Below are positions 1 through 9,169 of a DNA stretch of 64,000 nt, in pieces. Where the stretch lies: IMG/VR virus record IMGVR_UViG_3300036940_000262. One strand, 5' to 3'. Every line of letters begins with the position of its first letter. The stretch's first letter is position 1. The notes under the pieces were generated by a model. The model was given only the letters and a program-made list of their open reading frames with translations, did not search any database and had not been told where the DNA came from. This DNA comes from an uncultured virus (IMG/VR IMGVR_UViG_3300036940_000262) (taxonomy: Duplodnaviria > Heunggongvirae > Uroviricota > Caudoviricetes). The translations under genes and the position numbers were made by a program.

Positions 1-1
1 A

Positions 2-607
2 CGTAACTACACCGTCGAAGAAGCGGCACAGACAGCTTTGGGTAGAGAGTACCATACAAATTCCTACTTAGGTAATGTGGTTAATTCAAGAACAGTAACC
101 AATGAGCGAGATTTATTGGGTTCAGCTAATATCTTGTTCCTCAATGACCTAAACAGAACCTATATCGGTTCAGAGGAAACCAACGGGGTAGACAGAAATC
201 CTGTCGGTGAAGACGGTGTTGAAGTCTTGTCAGAAGAACAGTACGCACAACAAGCTCAAAGATGGCATTTCACGCTAGGTTTACCGTCATCATCGGTCTT
301 TGTCGAAGCAGAACAAGATTGTACTGACGATAACATTCTTGATTTACAAGGCAGTAATCGGGTGATTATCTGTACTCTAGATATTAAAGCGAGAGGTTCT
401 GTATGGACTCTGCAATATCAAGGGGGTACAGGTAACTTCCAAGTCTTTGAAGGCGGACAGTGGTATGAACCACCTGCTTTCGACGATGCTGGAGAACCTG
501 TGGCTGTCGGTAGTGCGGACGATACAACTTCACAAAACATAGTTGTTACCGTATACCCATCAGACAAGACCTCAGCAGACGACTTAACAACTCAAGGAAC
601 ACATTAA
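2..607 (+). CDS. C-terminal part of an unknown, probably extracellular protein (truncated by window start)
   Basis: Frame is open from position 2 to TAA at 605-607; acidic/Thr-rich composition; followed by a terminator hairpin. Confidence 0.7.
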   Translation, partial: RNYTVEEAAQTALGREYHTNSYLGNVVNSRTVTNERDLLGSANILFLNDLNRTYIGSEETNGVDRNPVGEDGVEVLSEEQYAQQAQRWHFTLGLPSSSVFVEAEQDCTDDNILDLQGSNRVIICTLDIKARGSVWTLQYQGGTGNFQVFEGGQWYEPPAFDDAGEPVAVGSADDTTSQNIVVTVYPSDKTSADDLTTQGTH

Positions 608-623
608 TATTTAGCACCATATT

Positions 624-659
624 AACAGAGTCTATCTAGTATAGGCTCTGTTTTCTTTT
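624..659 (+). terminator. Intrinsic terminator
   Basis: AACAGAGTCTAT-ctagt-ATAGGCTCTGTT stem followed by T-rich tract. Confidence 0.7.
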
Positions 660-672
660 ATTTACAACAATA

Positions 673-706
673 TTGACTTTTAAGACAATGTACGCTATAA
701 TGTACA
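673..706 (+). promoter_or_regulatory. SigA-type promoter with YefM/Axe-type operator
   Basis: TTGACT(673-678)-17 nt-TATAAT(696-701); TGTACG (689) and TGTACA (701) cores 12 bp apart overlap the -10, as in yefM-yoeB operators. Confidence 0.7.
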
Positions 707-721
707 TATATAATAAATGAG

Positions 722-970
722 GTGATTAAAATGACAACGATCAATGCGACAAGTTTAAGAAAAAATTTGTTTGAATATCTTAATTCTGCTGTTGAGTACA
801 GCGATGTAATTAACGTAAACACAAAAAAAGGAAATGCAATAATCATCAGTGAAGAAGAGTACAATGGTCTTTTAGAAACTCTTTATTTGATGGCTGTGCC
901 GGGAATGAAAGAAGCCCTAGATGAAGGGGTATCCTTAACGGCTGAAGACTGTGAGGATTTTGAGTGGTAA
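722..970 (+). CDS. yefM: Phd/YefM family antitoxin
   Basis: INATSLRKNLFEYL...AIIISEEEYNGLLETLYL signature; overlaps the toxin gene. Confidence 0.88.
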   Translation: MIKMTTINATSLRKNLFEYLNSAVEYSDVINVNTKKGNAIIISEEEYNGLLETLYLMAVPGMKEALDEGVSLTAEDCEDFEW

Positions 971-1233
971 CTTATAAGTTAAAGGTTTCTAAAAGAGCGA
1001 AAAAGGACAAAGAAAAGATAAAACAGTACCCTGTTCTAGCAGAAAAGGTTAAAAGCCTAATCGATCTGATAGAGGTAAACCCTTATCAGAACCCTCCACA
1101 CTACGAGAAACTGGTAGGAGACTACAAAGATATGTATTCCAGACGGATCAACCGCCAGCATCGATTAATTTACAAAGTAGACGAGGAGCAGAAAACGGTA
1201 ATTATTCTCAGTATGTGGACTCATTATGAGTAA
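964..1233 (+). CDS. yoeB: Txe/YoeB family mRNA interferase toxin
   Basis: NPYQNPP.YEKL.GD...YSRRINRQHRLIY...WTHYE motifs. Confidence 0.92.
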   Translation: MVTYKLKVSKRAKKDKEKIKQYPVLAEKVKSLIDLIEVNPYQNPPHYEKLVGDYKDMYSRRINRQHRLIYKVDEEQKTVIILSMWTHYE

Positions 1234-1249
1234 CTAAGAGAGGTAAACT

Positions 1250-1621
1250 ATGCGAGATGCTTATCCAATTGTTATATCAAAAGGTGACAACGAGTATTAT
1301 GTGGTTTCAATACCGGACTTCAAATCCGGAACTCAGGGAACAGACATCGCAGATGCTATATACATGGCAAGAGATGCAATTGGTCTATTAGGGGTAGATA
1401 TGGAGGATGATGGTAAAGAATTACCTGAACCATATAGTGCAACTATTACTAAAGAGTACGATGAGGATATTATAACTCTGGTAGACATAGATTTTACAGA
1501 GTACAGAGAGCAACTGGAACTTGAAGATGAGTGTGATTTGAGGTTAATCAGAAAAACACTGGCAGAAAATGACGAAACAACGTATAGCATGGAGGAAGTG
1601 GAAAAAGAGTTAGGTCTGTGA
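1250..1621 (+). CDS. HicB family antitoxin (orphan) with atypical C-terminus
   Basis: AYPIVI...YVVSIPDF...TQG.DIADAIYMARDAIGL...LPEP HicB N-domain; no hicA adjacent. Confidence 0.8.
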   Translation: MRDAYPIVISKGDNEYYVVSIPDFKSGTQGTDIADAIYMARDAIGLLGVDMEDDGKELPEPYSATITKEYDEDIITLVDIDFTEYREQLELEDECDLRLIRKTLAENDETTYSMEEVEKELGL

Positions 1622-1677
1622 GGTATAAATTTTATAAAACAGGTAGATTATTTGTCCACCTGTTTTATTTTTAATGT

Positions 1678-1713
1678 AACAAGGTAAAATAAATTTTTAT
1701 TATAAAGTATAAT
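1678..1713 (+). promoter_or_regulatory. Element-specific promoter (AACWRGGTA box-N21-TATAAT)
   Basis: AACAAGGTA, 21 nt, TATAAT(1708-1713). Confidence 0.7.
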
Positions 1714-1744
1714 ATTATACATAGTAAAAATTACGAGAGAGGTA

Positions 1745-3196
1745 TTGAAAATGAAAAAGAAATTAATAACCGCTTTATTCGCAGGGGTAATGCTTTTTGC
1801 GACAATGGGAAGTGCCAATGCAGAGGAATTGCCTGTATTAGATGGCACAGAGTTTGAATCATATGCAACAAAGGGTACGGTTGAGACAATGGCATTGCCC
1901 ATCTATCCAACATCTTATCCAGAGGGTTTCAATATGTATGAAACAGTCGCATCAGTAGATGCAGACGGGTGTTTGGAAATGCTCAATCTTCTAAATGCTG
2001 AAAGAGAGCGTATTGGAATTACACCTTTACAACTAGATGCAACTATGACAAAAGCAGCTATGTATCGTGCTTCGGAGATTGGTTTAGTCTATCGTCATAA
2101 AAATCCTGCAGGTGGTTGGGGGCAATCAGAATACTCTTATTATGGAGGGGCGGAAAACATAGTAATCGGACGAGATTCAGGGGTAAGTGCTTACTCTGCA
2201 TTTGAAACCTCGGCACAACACTATATTCAAATGACTGCAAACAGAAATACCAGAGTAGGAGTTGGGAATTTTGGCAATGCTTGGGTATTGGTGTTTACTG
2301 ATGAAACAAACCCAAACATCAAAGACATGTCATCATCCGAACTCTTATCATACAACACCGAGAACCGAATCGCAAAAACAGTGGTAGACAGCAACACTTA
2401 TGATGTTAAATTATCACTCAACTATATGCATAAAACATCAGCAAGCATCACATTAGACAAAGGGACAACTTATCAAACAACACCACAGTCTTCACCTGAT
2501 CCACAGTCGCAGAATGATAGATATAATGGTGGCACGACACCAATCGTCCCCTCAACCGTAAACTGGTCATCATCAAACTCTGCAATCGCAAGTGTAGACA
2601 AAAATGGTATCATTACAGGTCTTAAAAACGGAACAGCCACAATCACAGGAGAATTGTACGGTGACATTATAACCTACACCGTAACGGTAATAGGTGATGG
2701 TGCTGACATCGTTGACATTGGAGAAGACTACTTAGTTAAGTACCGAACTCATGTTCAAAACGTAGGCTGGCAGAACTATGTAGCTGACGGCTCAATGTCG
2801 GGTACAGAAGGTAGAAGTTTAAGACTTGAAGGTATTAACATTGATTTAGGCGAAGCCATCGACGGCGGTATAACATACACCACCCATGTAGAAAACATCG
2901 GTTGGCAGTCTTATGTATCTGATAACGCCATGGCAGGTACATCAGGTAGAGGTTTAAGACTTGAAGGAATCCGCATTAAGTTAACTGGAAACGCCGCAAA
3001 TCAGTATGATGTATACTATCGAACACATGTTCAAAACATTGGTTGGATGGCATGGGCGAAGAACGGTGCTGATAGCGGTTCAGCGGGATATGGTTGGAGA
3101 CTGGAAGGCATTGAGATCCAGCTAATACCTAAAGGGGGTACAGCACCGAGTAATGCAGATGCACAACGAGATGTGCCTTTTCAAGAAGCAAACTAA
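1745..3196 (+). CDS. Secreted CAP/SCP-domain protein with Ig-like (Big_2) domain and C-terminal ChW repeats
   Basis: Signal peptide; LLNAER...AMYRASEI...AENI (CAP); WSSSNSAIASVDKNG.ITG (Big_2); three YRTHVQNVGWQ...GTEGRSLRLEGI repeats (ChW). Confidence 0.88.
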   Translation: MKMKKKLITALFAGVMLFATMGSANAEELPVLDGTEFESYATKGTVETMALPIYPTSYPEGFNMYETVASVDADGCLEMLNLLNAERERIGITPLQLDATMTKAAMYRASEIGLVYRHKNPAGGWGQSEYSYYGGAENIVIGRDSGVSAYSAFETSAQHYIQMTANRNTRVGVGNFGNAWVLVFTDETNPNIKDMSSSELLSYNTENRIAKTVVDSNTYDVKLSLNYMHKTSASITLDKGTTYQTTPQSSPDPQSQNDRYNGGTTPIVPSTVNWSSSNSAIASVDKNGIITGLKNGTATITGELYGDIITYTVTVIGDGADIVDIGEDYLVKYRTHVQNVGWQNYVADGSMSGTEGRSLRLEGINIDLGEAIDGGITYTTHVENIGWQSYVSDNAMAGTSGRGLRLEGIRIKLTGNAANQYDVYYRTHVQNIGWMAWAKNGADSGSAGYGWRLEGIEIQLIPKGGTAPSNADAQRDVPFQEAN

Positions 3197-3206
3197 ATAA
3201 GTAAAC

Positions 3207-3239
3207 AAATAAACCACCTAATCTGTAGGTGGTTTATTT
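3207..3239. terminator. Bidirectional terminator between convergent genes
   Basis: AAATAAACCACCTA-atctg-TAGGTGGTTTATTT perfect inverted repeat. Confidence 0.75.
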
Positions 3240-3608
3240 TGTATGATTTTTAATCCAATCAATTAGATTATCAAAACTTAGCTTATTATTTGCTATACTC
3301 AAACCAATATTTATAAGTTCTTTGTCACTGCATTTAATAGAGGTATTATTTATTTCAAGAAAATACTCCATTGCCAGAATACCTGTACGTTTATTGCCAT
3401 CAATAAACGGATGGTTTTTGATTAAAGATATACATAATCTCGATGCTTTAGATTCTATAGTTTTATACAAATCCACACCTTCAAAACTGTGATTTGGGGA
3501 CTGTACTGCAGAGTCTAGTAACTTAAAATCCCTAATACCCAGTATACCTCCAGTTTCTCTAATCAGAAGATCATGCAAAATAATAACTTGTTCGATCGTA
3601 ATCATCAT
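3234..3608 (-). CDS. doc: Death-on-curing (Doc, Fic superfamily) toxin
   Basis: GGILGIRD..LLDSAV and HPFIDGNKRTG motifs. Confidence 0.9.
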   Translation of the reverse strand: MMITIEQVIILHDLLIRETGGILGIRDFKLLDSAVQSPNHSFEGVDLYKTIESKASRLCISLIKNHPFIDGNKRTGILAMEYFLEINNTSIKCSDKELINIGLSIANNKLSFDNLIDWIKNHTK

Positions 3609-3841
3609 TTCGCTAATTCTTCGTAAGCCTTTCTGTGCCTGTTAATTATATCTAAAGCAACGAGTTCAATATCTTCTTTCTTGTAAGAATTTTCAACACT
3701 ACTATATTCAATTAAAACATATTTAGGTGTATTGTTTTTCAGTATAATCACAGAACCTTTCTCATCGACTTGTTTTGCAACTTTGGAGAAGTTTTGATTA
3801 GCTTCTGTAACAGAAACTAAGTTTTCGCTGTTAATTTTCAT
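3605..3841 (-). CDS. phd: Phd family antitoxin
   Basis: LVSVTEANQNFSKVAKQVDEKGSVIILKNN.PKY; overlaps doc. Confidence 0.88.
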   Translation of the reverse strand: MKINSENLVSVTEANQNFSKVAKQVDEKGSVIILKNNTPKYVLIEYSSVENSYKKEDIELVALDIINRHRKAYEELAK

Positions 3842-4067
3842 TAGATAGTACCTGCCTTTCTTTGTAGCAATTTTATCATATTTCTAGGTATAATTCAACC
3901 TAATTTTTAATGGCTTGTATTCGTTCAATCTTGTGATAAAAGGGAGGCAGTTATGCAAATTTGTAGCGAGATTCGATTCTGAAAGGTTTTTAATTATTTC
4001 TGGTATCCTTTTCTAAGTAAGATAAAAAAGTCTCTTAAAAAGGCTTTTAGAGCTAAATAAAGTAGGG

Positions 4068-4107
4068 TTGCAAAAATTTGTAGAATAGTATATACTATGT
4101 ATATACT
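4068..4107 (+). promoter_or_regulatory. SigA promoter and palindromic operator of mazEF-like operon
   Basis: TTGCAA(4068)-17-TATACT(4091); AGTATATAC-tat-GTATATACT palindrome 4087-4107. Confidence 0.65.
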
Positions 4108-4128
4108 TTACAGAAAGGCGGTGCGATT

Positions 4129-4374
4129 ATGCAAGCGGAAGTAAAAAAGTGGGGTAATTCTTTAGGTGTTCGACTTCCTAAACTCATTTTAGAACAAGTA
4201 AACGTAAAAGAAAATGACAAAATAGAGATAGAGGTTGTTTCAGGTGAGATTGTGATTAAGAAGAAGGATATCTTAAACTGTAATTCATTAGAGGAGTTGT
4301 TTGAAAATTTTGATGGAGAGTATGAGAGGGTGGAGATAGATTGGGGTAAGCCTGTTGGGAGAGAAGTATGGTAA
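4129..4374 (+). CDS. mazE: AbrB/MazE family antitoxin
   Basis: VKKWGNSLGVRLPK...EIDWGKPVGREVW. Confidence 0.9.
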   Translation: MQAEVKKWGNSLGVRLPKLILEQVNVKENDKIEIEVVSGEIVIKKKDILNCNSLEELFENFDGEYERVEIDWGKPVGREVW

Positions 4375-4700
4375 AACAAGGGGATATTATTAAGTTTGAC
4401 TTCGATCCTGTTATAGGACATGAGCAAGGCGGTTATCGACCTGCGATAGTTGTTAGCAACTCTTTTATGCATCAAACTACGGGTATTATAGTTGTTTGTC
4501 CAATAACAAATACTGTTAAAGACTATCCTGTAAGAGTAAGGTTAACTGATGAGGATTGTGTAACTGGTGTTGTAATGTGCGACCAAATCAAATCTGTAGA
4601 CTTGAGTGAAAGGAGTTACAGATTAGTTGGTAGAGCAACAACATGGTTAATGGACAGAGTTTTACATATACTTAGCTTGGAATTGAAAAGAGAGGGGTAG
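4368..4700 (+). CDS. mazF: PemK/MazF family endoribonuclease toxin
   Basis: QGDII..DFDP..GHEQ.G.RPAIVVSN...VCPIT...DQIKSVD. Confidence 0.9.
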   Translation: MVKQGDIIKFDFDPVIGHEQGGYRPAIVVSNSFMHQTTGIIVVCPITNTVKDYPVRVRLTDEDCVTGVVMCDQIKSVDLSERSYRLVGRATTWLMDRVLHILSLELKREG

Positions 4701-4755
4701 TTATGTGCAAAGATATGGATTATATTAAACAAATAATAGAGAAAGGAATACTGTA

Positions 4756-5232
4756 ATGAACAAAATGATACAAAGAATTGAACATATAGATAGAATCAGA
4801 AAATGTTATATCATGTATGGAAACGAAGCAGTTGGTGAGTTGATTGAGGAGACGAGTTCAATAAGTGGTGAGGAAGACTGGGTAATTAAACCTTATCATG
4901 ATGTGATTGAGCGATTAGGTTGGAGAGCGGAACTACCGGGAATAGATAAATCACTAAGAAAAGAGGAATACATCAGAAGAGGTAAACCTGTCATTGTGAG
5001 ACAACGTGTTATCCCTGCTGGTAGAGGAGATTTAGATGCAGAGTTGAAAAGACTGGGATTGAACGAGTATGATGTATTTGAGATGATGTGTCGAAATCAC
5101 GCTGTTTGTGGAAATAATAAACTATATATAGCAAGAACACCACAAGATGTTATAGATGCGGATTCTATAGAGGACAGGTTATCTGTAGCTCCTTCACCAG
5201 ATAACTACGAGGAGTTAGGTTGGTTGTACTAA
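4756..5232 (+). CDS. Hypothetical protein, resembles N-terminal/partner domain of Firmicutes HipA-like kinases
   Basis: RQRVIPAGR.DL...LKRLGLNEYD.FEM segment recalled from HipA-associated proteins; resemblance only. Confidence 0.45.
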   Translation: MNKMIQRIEHIDRIRKCYIMYGNEAVGELIEETSSISGEEDWVIKPYHDVIERLGWRAELPGIDKSLRKEEYIRRGKPVIVRQRVIPAGRGDLDAELKRLGLNEYDVFEMMCRNHAVCGNNKLYIARTPQDVIDADSIEDRLSVAPSPDNYEELGWLY

Positions 5233-5246
5233 ACTATTGATAGAGA

Positions 5247-5303
5247 AAAATTTTGTACCCTACAAATGCTTGTAAAAATGAGATTTGTAGGGTACAAAAT
5301 TTT
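5247..5303. repeat. Perfect 21-bp inverted repeat with 15-nt loop
   Basis: AAAATTTTGTACCCTACAAAT (5247-5267) / ATTTGTAGGGTACAAAATTTT (5283-5303). Confidence 0.85.
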
Positions 5304-5426
5304 ATAAATAAAGGGTAATTAGCAGTTACATTTAATTAAGAAATTTCTTAAAAATATTCTTATTTTTCTTAAAATGGTATTGATTAGTAAAGGTTTTTCT
5401 GTTATAATGTAAGAAAAATAGGAGTT

Positions 5427-6110
5427 TTGATTATGGTGTATGAGAGTGAACTAAAAAAAGAATGGTATAGACCGGGTGAGATAGCAAAAATGTTGGGTGT
5501 TTCATCGAGAACTATTTTAAACTACAGAGAAAACGGTTTATTTGAGATGCGTTTAGATGAGTCGAACAATAGAAGATACGCTTCAAAAGAGGAGTTAATT
5601 AAACTGTTAAAATATAAAGGTGTTTTTTATTCTGATGTTGTAAATGATGGTAGAAAGGTAGCGATATATGCAAGAGTTAGTTCTTATGACCAGAAAAAGA
5701 ACGGTGACTTAGATAGGCAGATTATTAAACTTGAAAAACACATTAAAAACAGCGGTATTCACAATTATGAGCTGTTTTCAGATGTAGGTTCAGGGTTAAA
5801 CACAAAAAGAAGAGGTTTGAACAAATTATTAGATGAGGTTGTTGCATCTAAGATTTCTGTTGTTTATGTTACTTATTTAGATAGGTTGACAAGGTTTGGG
5901 TTAGAGTATTTAGATAAAATTTTTAAATACTTTGATACTAAGGTTATTTCTTTGGATGAGAGAGAGGAGAAAACTGAACAAGAGGAGTTAGTAGATGATA
6001 TGATAACTTTATTAGCCTCTTTTAGTGGTAAACTATATGGCATGAGAAGTCATAGCAAAGTTAAAGTAAAGAAAGCTTTTAAAGGGATTGAAGAAGAAAT
6101 GGGGGAGTGA
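5427..6110 (+). CDS. tnpA: IS607 family transposase (N-terminal HTH + serine recombinase)
   Basis: GEIAKMLGVSSRTI HTH; AIYARVSS..QK..DLDRQ; SDVGSGLN.KR.GL; DRLTRFG; EELVDD...FSGKLYGMRS. Confidence 0.93.
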   Translation: MIMVYESELKKEWYRPGEIAKMLGVSSRTILNYRENGLFEMRLDESNNRRYASKEELIKLLKYKGVFYSDVVNDGRKVAIYARVSSYDQKKNGDLDRQIIKLEKHIKNSGIHNYELFSDVGSGLNTKRRGLNKLLDEVVASKISVVYVTYLDRLTRFGLEYLDKIFKYFDTKVISLDEREEKTEQEELVDDMITLLASFSGKLYGMRSHSKVKVKKAFKGIEEEMGE

Positions 6111-7290
6111 TTTGAGTTTAGATAGTGCAGGATTTAAGATTTGTTTACATCCTAATAAAACACAAGAAAAACTGTTATGGGTGTATTCAAGTCATTCAAG
6201 AGGGTTATATAATCTTTTACTAGCAGAAGCTCAGAGAGCTTACAAAGAGGATAGTATTTCTATTAATTTTAATTATCTTTACAGTTATTATAAACAGTTA
6301 AAAGTTTCTGAGGATTATTCTTGGCTTGCAGAGTTACCTGAAGCCGCAGGAAAGCAGATTTGTAAAGACTTAGTAGAGAACTATAAAAGAGTTTTTAAAT
6401 CTAACTTCGGATTTCCTAAGTTTAAAAAGAAAGGATTGGTTACTCCATCTTTTTATCAAAGAACTGATACACTCTATTTTAAAGGTAACAATAGAGTAGC
6501 CTTAACAGGTGTAGGAGTTGTTAAAGTTACTAAAGGAGATTATTTACCTAAGAAAGAGTTTCAGAGTTTAAAAATATGTAATCCTCGCATTAAGTTTGAT
6601 GGAAAGTACTGGTATTTAAGTTACTCTATTCAATCTCGAAACGAAGAAGGGTTTTCTAAACCTTATACATCCGAAACAAAAGGAATTGGTATTGATTTAG
6701 GTATTAAAGAGTTTATAACAGTCAGTAATGGAACTGTGTTTAGTAATTATAATAAAACAGATAAAGAGTTGATAAGGTTAGATAAGAAGCTTAAAGACTT
6801 ACAGAGAACAAAAGCTTGGAAATTAGAATGTCGTAAGAAGTTTAATCAAAAAGAGATAAGTAATAATATATTAAAACTTAATCAAAAGATTAAACTTGTT
6901 TATAGACGTATTGGAAATATTAAAGATAACTATACTCATTTATACACTTCTACTCTGGTAAAAACCAAGCCTGAGTTTATAGCGGTAGAGAGTTTAGGTA
7001 TTAAAGAAATGAAAGAAGCAACTAATGATGTATCTAAAGAGATTCAAAAAGTAAAATGGTATGAGACTCTAAGACAACTTAATTACAAAAGTAATTATCA
7101 TGAAATACCTTATATTGAGATAGACAGATATTACCCGTCTACTAAGTTATGCAGTGGTTGTGGTAGCATACAAGAAATGTTATTAGAAGAAAGAGTTTAT
7201 AACTGTCCTGTTTGTGGTTTAAGTATTGATAGGGACTTTAATGCTTCTATAAACATAGAAAATAGAGGTAGAGAGCTGTTAACAGCTTAA
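6088..7290 (+). CDS. tnpB: RNA-guided endonuclease TnpB
   Basis: RuvC motifs GIDLG / IAVESL / DRDFNASINI intact; Zn ribbon CSGC...CPVC; GFPKFKKK. Confidence 0.92.
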   Translation: MKKKWGSDLSLDSAGFKICLHPNKTQEKLLWVYSSHSRGLYNLLLAEAQRAYKEDSISINFNYLYSYYKQLKVSEDYSWLAELPEAAGKQICKDLVENYKRVFKSNFGFPKFKKKGLVTPSFYQRTDTLYFKGNNRVALTGVGVVKVTKGDYLPKKEFQSLKICNPRIKFDGKYWYLSYSIQSRNEEGFSKPYTSETKGIGIDLGIKEFITVSNGTVFSNYNKTDKELIRLDKKLKDLQRTKAWKLECRKKFNQKEISNNILKLNQKIKLVYRRIGNIKDNYTHLYTSTLVKTKPEFIAVESLGIKEMKEATNDVSKEIQKVKWYETLRQLNYKSNYHEIPYIEIDRYYPSTKLCSGCGSIQEMLLEERVYNCPVCGLSIDRDFNASINIENRGRELLTA

Positions 7291-7588
7291 GTAGTTTTAA
7301 AACTCAGTAACCGTAGGACTGAGTCTAATCAACCATTCATGAGGTGGGAAAATAATACTAAGAGTGATAATTTCTTATTTTTCTTATTGTTATTATACGG
7401 TTGCGGTAGTGGAATATTTAGATAAGTTCTATGAAGTTTTGACAATTGTAAACAATGTAAAACTATTAAACTCTGTTGTATTAAGAAGTAAACTTAACTT
7501 ATTAACAAAGAAAGAGGTTGATTTAGTAGAAGATTTTTGTTTAAATAACAACATAAATCTACAAAAAGAGTTTAGCATTTAGTTTGTT

Positions 7589-7625
7589 AAACTAGGTAAT
7601 CTTTTCATCTAGTTTTTGTTATAAT
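7589..7625 (+). promoter_or_regulatory. Element-specific promoter (box-N21-TATAAT)
   Basis: AAACTAGGTA(7589-7598), 21 nt, TATAAT(7620-7625); near-identical to the promoter at 8190. Confidence 0.75.
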
Positions 7626-7658
7626 ATAGGTAAAGTAAAGAGTATAGGTGGTATATTT

Positions 7659-8179
7659 ATGAGATTAGAAACAGCACTTTTACAGGATAAAATTGTAGAC
7701 CTATTCCAAAGAGGGGTACAAGTAGAGGTTTTAATGGGTAATCATTTAGGTGCGAAAGATACTGAGGATTATCGCATGATTGGCGGTATGAAGCCAAAAG
7801 AAAGTATCTTTAGTTTTACTTATAAACTATATACAGATGAAGGTCAAGTATTAAAAGGTGCAAATTACCCAACTTTAGAAGAAGCCATGTCAGCAGGAGT
7901 TATGTCTGCAGAGTTTTAGATGTAATCAACAGTAAGTTTTTACTGAAACTGGCAGGTTACCGTATTATATCTATAGTAGAGTATTTAAAAGAAGTTTCTG
8001 CAGTAGGTTGAGTATCTGCAAAGTTCTGGGGACGACTTGAAGCAATAAAAGAAAACGACATAGTTGGGTTTGATTTAGGAGACAACAACTTAGATAGAGA
8101 ATGGTCTAAGATATTAAGCAATGGTTTTGAAGCAATGGGATGTGATAAAACTGAAGATGAGTATATGGGTTGGTTTTAA
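7659..8179 (+). pseudogene. Hypothetical gene, probably degraded (86-aa ORF followed by a frameshifted, TGA-interrupted continuation)
   Basis: ORF 7659-7919; an overlapping frame reads VLDVINSKFLLK...EVSAVG*VSAKFWGRLEAIKE...YMGWF* to 8179 with no start of its own. Confidence 0.45.
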
Positions 8180-8189
8180 TTATTCCGGA

Positions 8190-8226
8190 AAACTAGGTAA
8201 AACATTTACCTAGTTTTTGTTATAAT
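8190..8226 (+). promoter_or_regulatory. Element-specific promoter (box-N21-TATAAT), box part of an inverted repeat
   Basis: AAACTAGGTA(8190-8199), 21 nt, TATAAT(8221-8226); AAAACTAGGTAAA/TTTACCTAGTTTT inverted repeat. Confidence 0.75.
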
Positions 8227-8259
8227 AGTGGTATATCAAGATAGAGGTCGGTATTTAAT

Positions 8260-8982
8260 ATGGATACACTAACAATCAAAGAGAAGTATGTTGAAGGAAT
8301 TGAAGAATGGGTTGGCTCTAACAAAAGTTTATTAATAGAGGGCGGTTTTTTGCATGGTGATGTACCTCTACCTCTAAACGATTTTAAACTAACTATAATC
8401 TACGAGAATGTAGATGTGGACTTATGGGTTTCTGTAAAAGGGACAACTTTTAAAGACATAGTAATTAAATTACTAGACGATAAAGGTTCGGCATTATCAA
8501 CTTACATAATATCAGATTTTATAACAAAAGAAGTAGAAGAAGGTATATTCAACTTCGGTTTTCAGTTAGACGACAGTGTACTTAGAACACCACACTATTT
8601 GTTGAGTACAGAGGAGAAAAAAGCTGAAATTGTGTCAGCAGGGCAACAATCCTGTTCTTTGATAATTGAAATTATGATTTACTTAATGTTCCATAAACAA
8701 GAACTTGTTCTTGAAAAGAAGGTTGTAAACAGTGGTGGTAAGAAGTCTAAGAAGAAGTCAAAAAGTAAGAGAAGCAATAAGAAGACCTATCTTGAACATC
8801 ATTATCGTCTAGAAGGGTATGAGGTTGGAAAGAGAGGCAGTTCAGGACGAGAATTTACAAGGCATACAGAGTCATGGACTGTAAGAGGTCATCTTAGAAA
8901 ATTACCAAACGGTAAGGTAGTCTATATCAAACCTTATGTCAAAGGAACAGGTAAGAAAAAAGATAAAGACTATGTTTTGTAG
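8260..8982 (+). CDS. Hypothetical protein with Lys-rich tract and phage-type C-terminal motif
   Basis: KKSKKKSKSKR tract; WTVRGHLRKLPNGKVVYIKPYVKG. Confidence 0.7.
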   Translation: MDTLTIKEKYVEGIEEWVGSNKSLLIEGGFLHGDVPLPLNDFKLTIIYENVDVDLWVSVKGTTFKDIVIKLLDDKGSALSTYIISDFITKEVEEGIFNFGFQLDDSVLRTPHYLLSTEEKKAEIVSAGQQSCSLIIEIMIYLMFHKQELVLEKKVVNSGGKKSKKKSKSKRSNKKTYLEHHYRLEGYEVGKRGSSGREFTRHTESWTVRGHLRKLPNGKVVYIKPYVKGTGKKKDKDYVL

Positions 8983-9169
8983 TATAAGTGGTATAAAAAG
9001 GAAGGGTAGACTCATTTAAAGAGCTGGTTGACAGGTTAGAGAACTACAACATCAACTTCTGATTAAAAGAGTTTTATTAGTCGAACACTGGTTTAATAAA
9101 TGTATTCACTAAAATGTTTTTGGTAAATTTCTCTATAGTAAGTAGAGTAAGAATAGTGGAGGTAGATTT

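Larger units (their letters stand above)
5310..7350 (+). mobile_element. IS607-family insertion sequence (tnpA+tnpB); ends approximate
   Basis: Overlapping serine-recombinase tnpA and tnpB; TTCTTA-type short repeats at the left end; TTGATT-17-TATAAT promoter at 5380-5408; lacks the GGGGTA motif common elsewhere. Confidence 0.8.

Noticed and set aside
7364..7582. 72-aa ORF after tnpB
   Set aside because: No RBS, very AT-rich, no recognisable motif; may be a remnant at the IS flank
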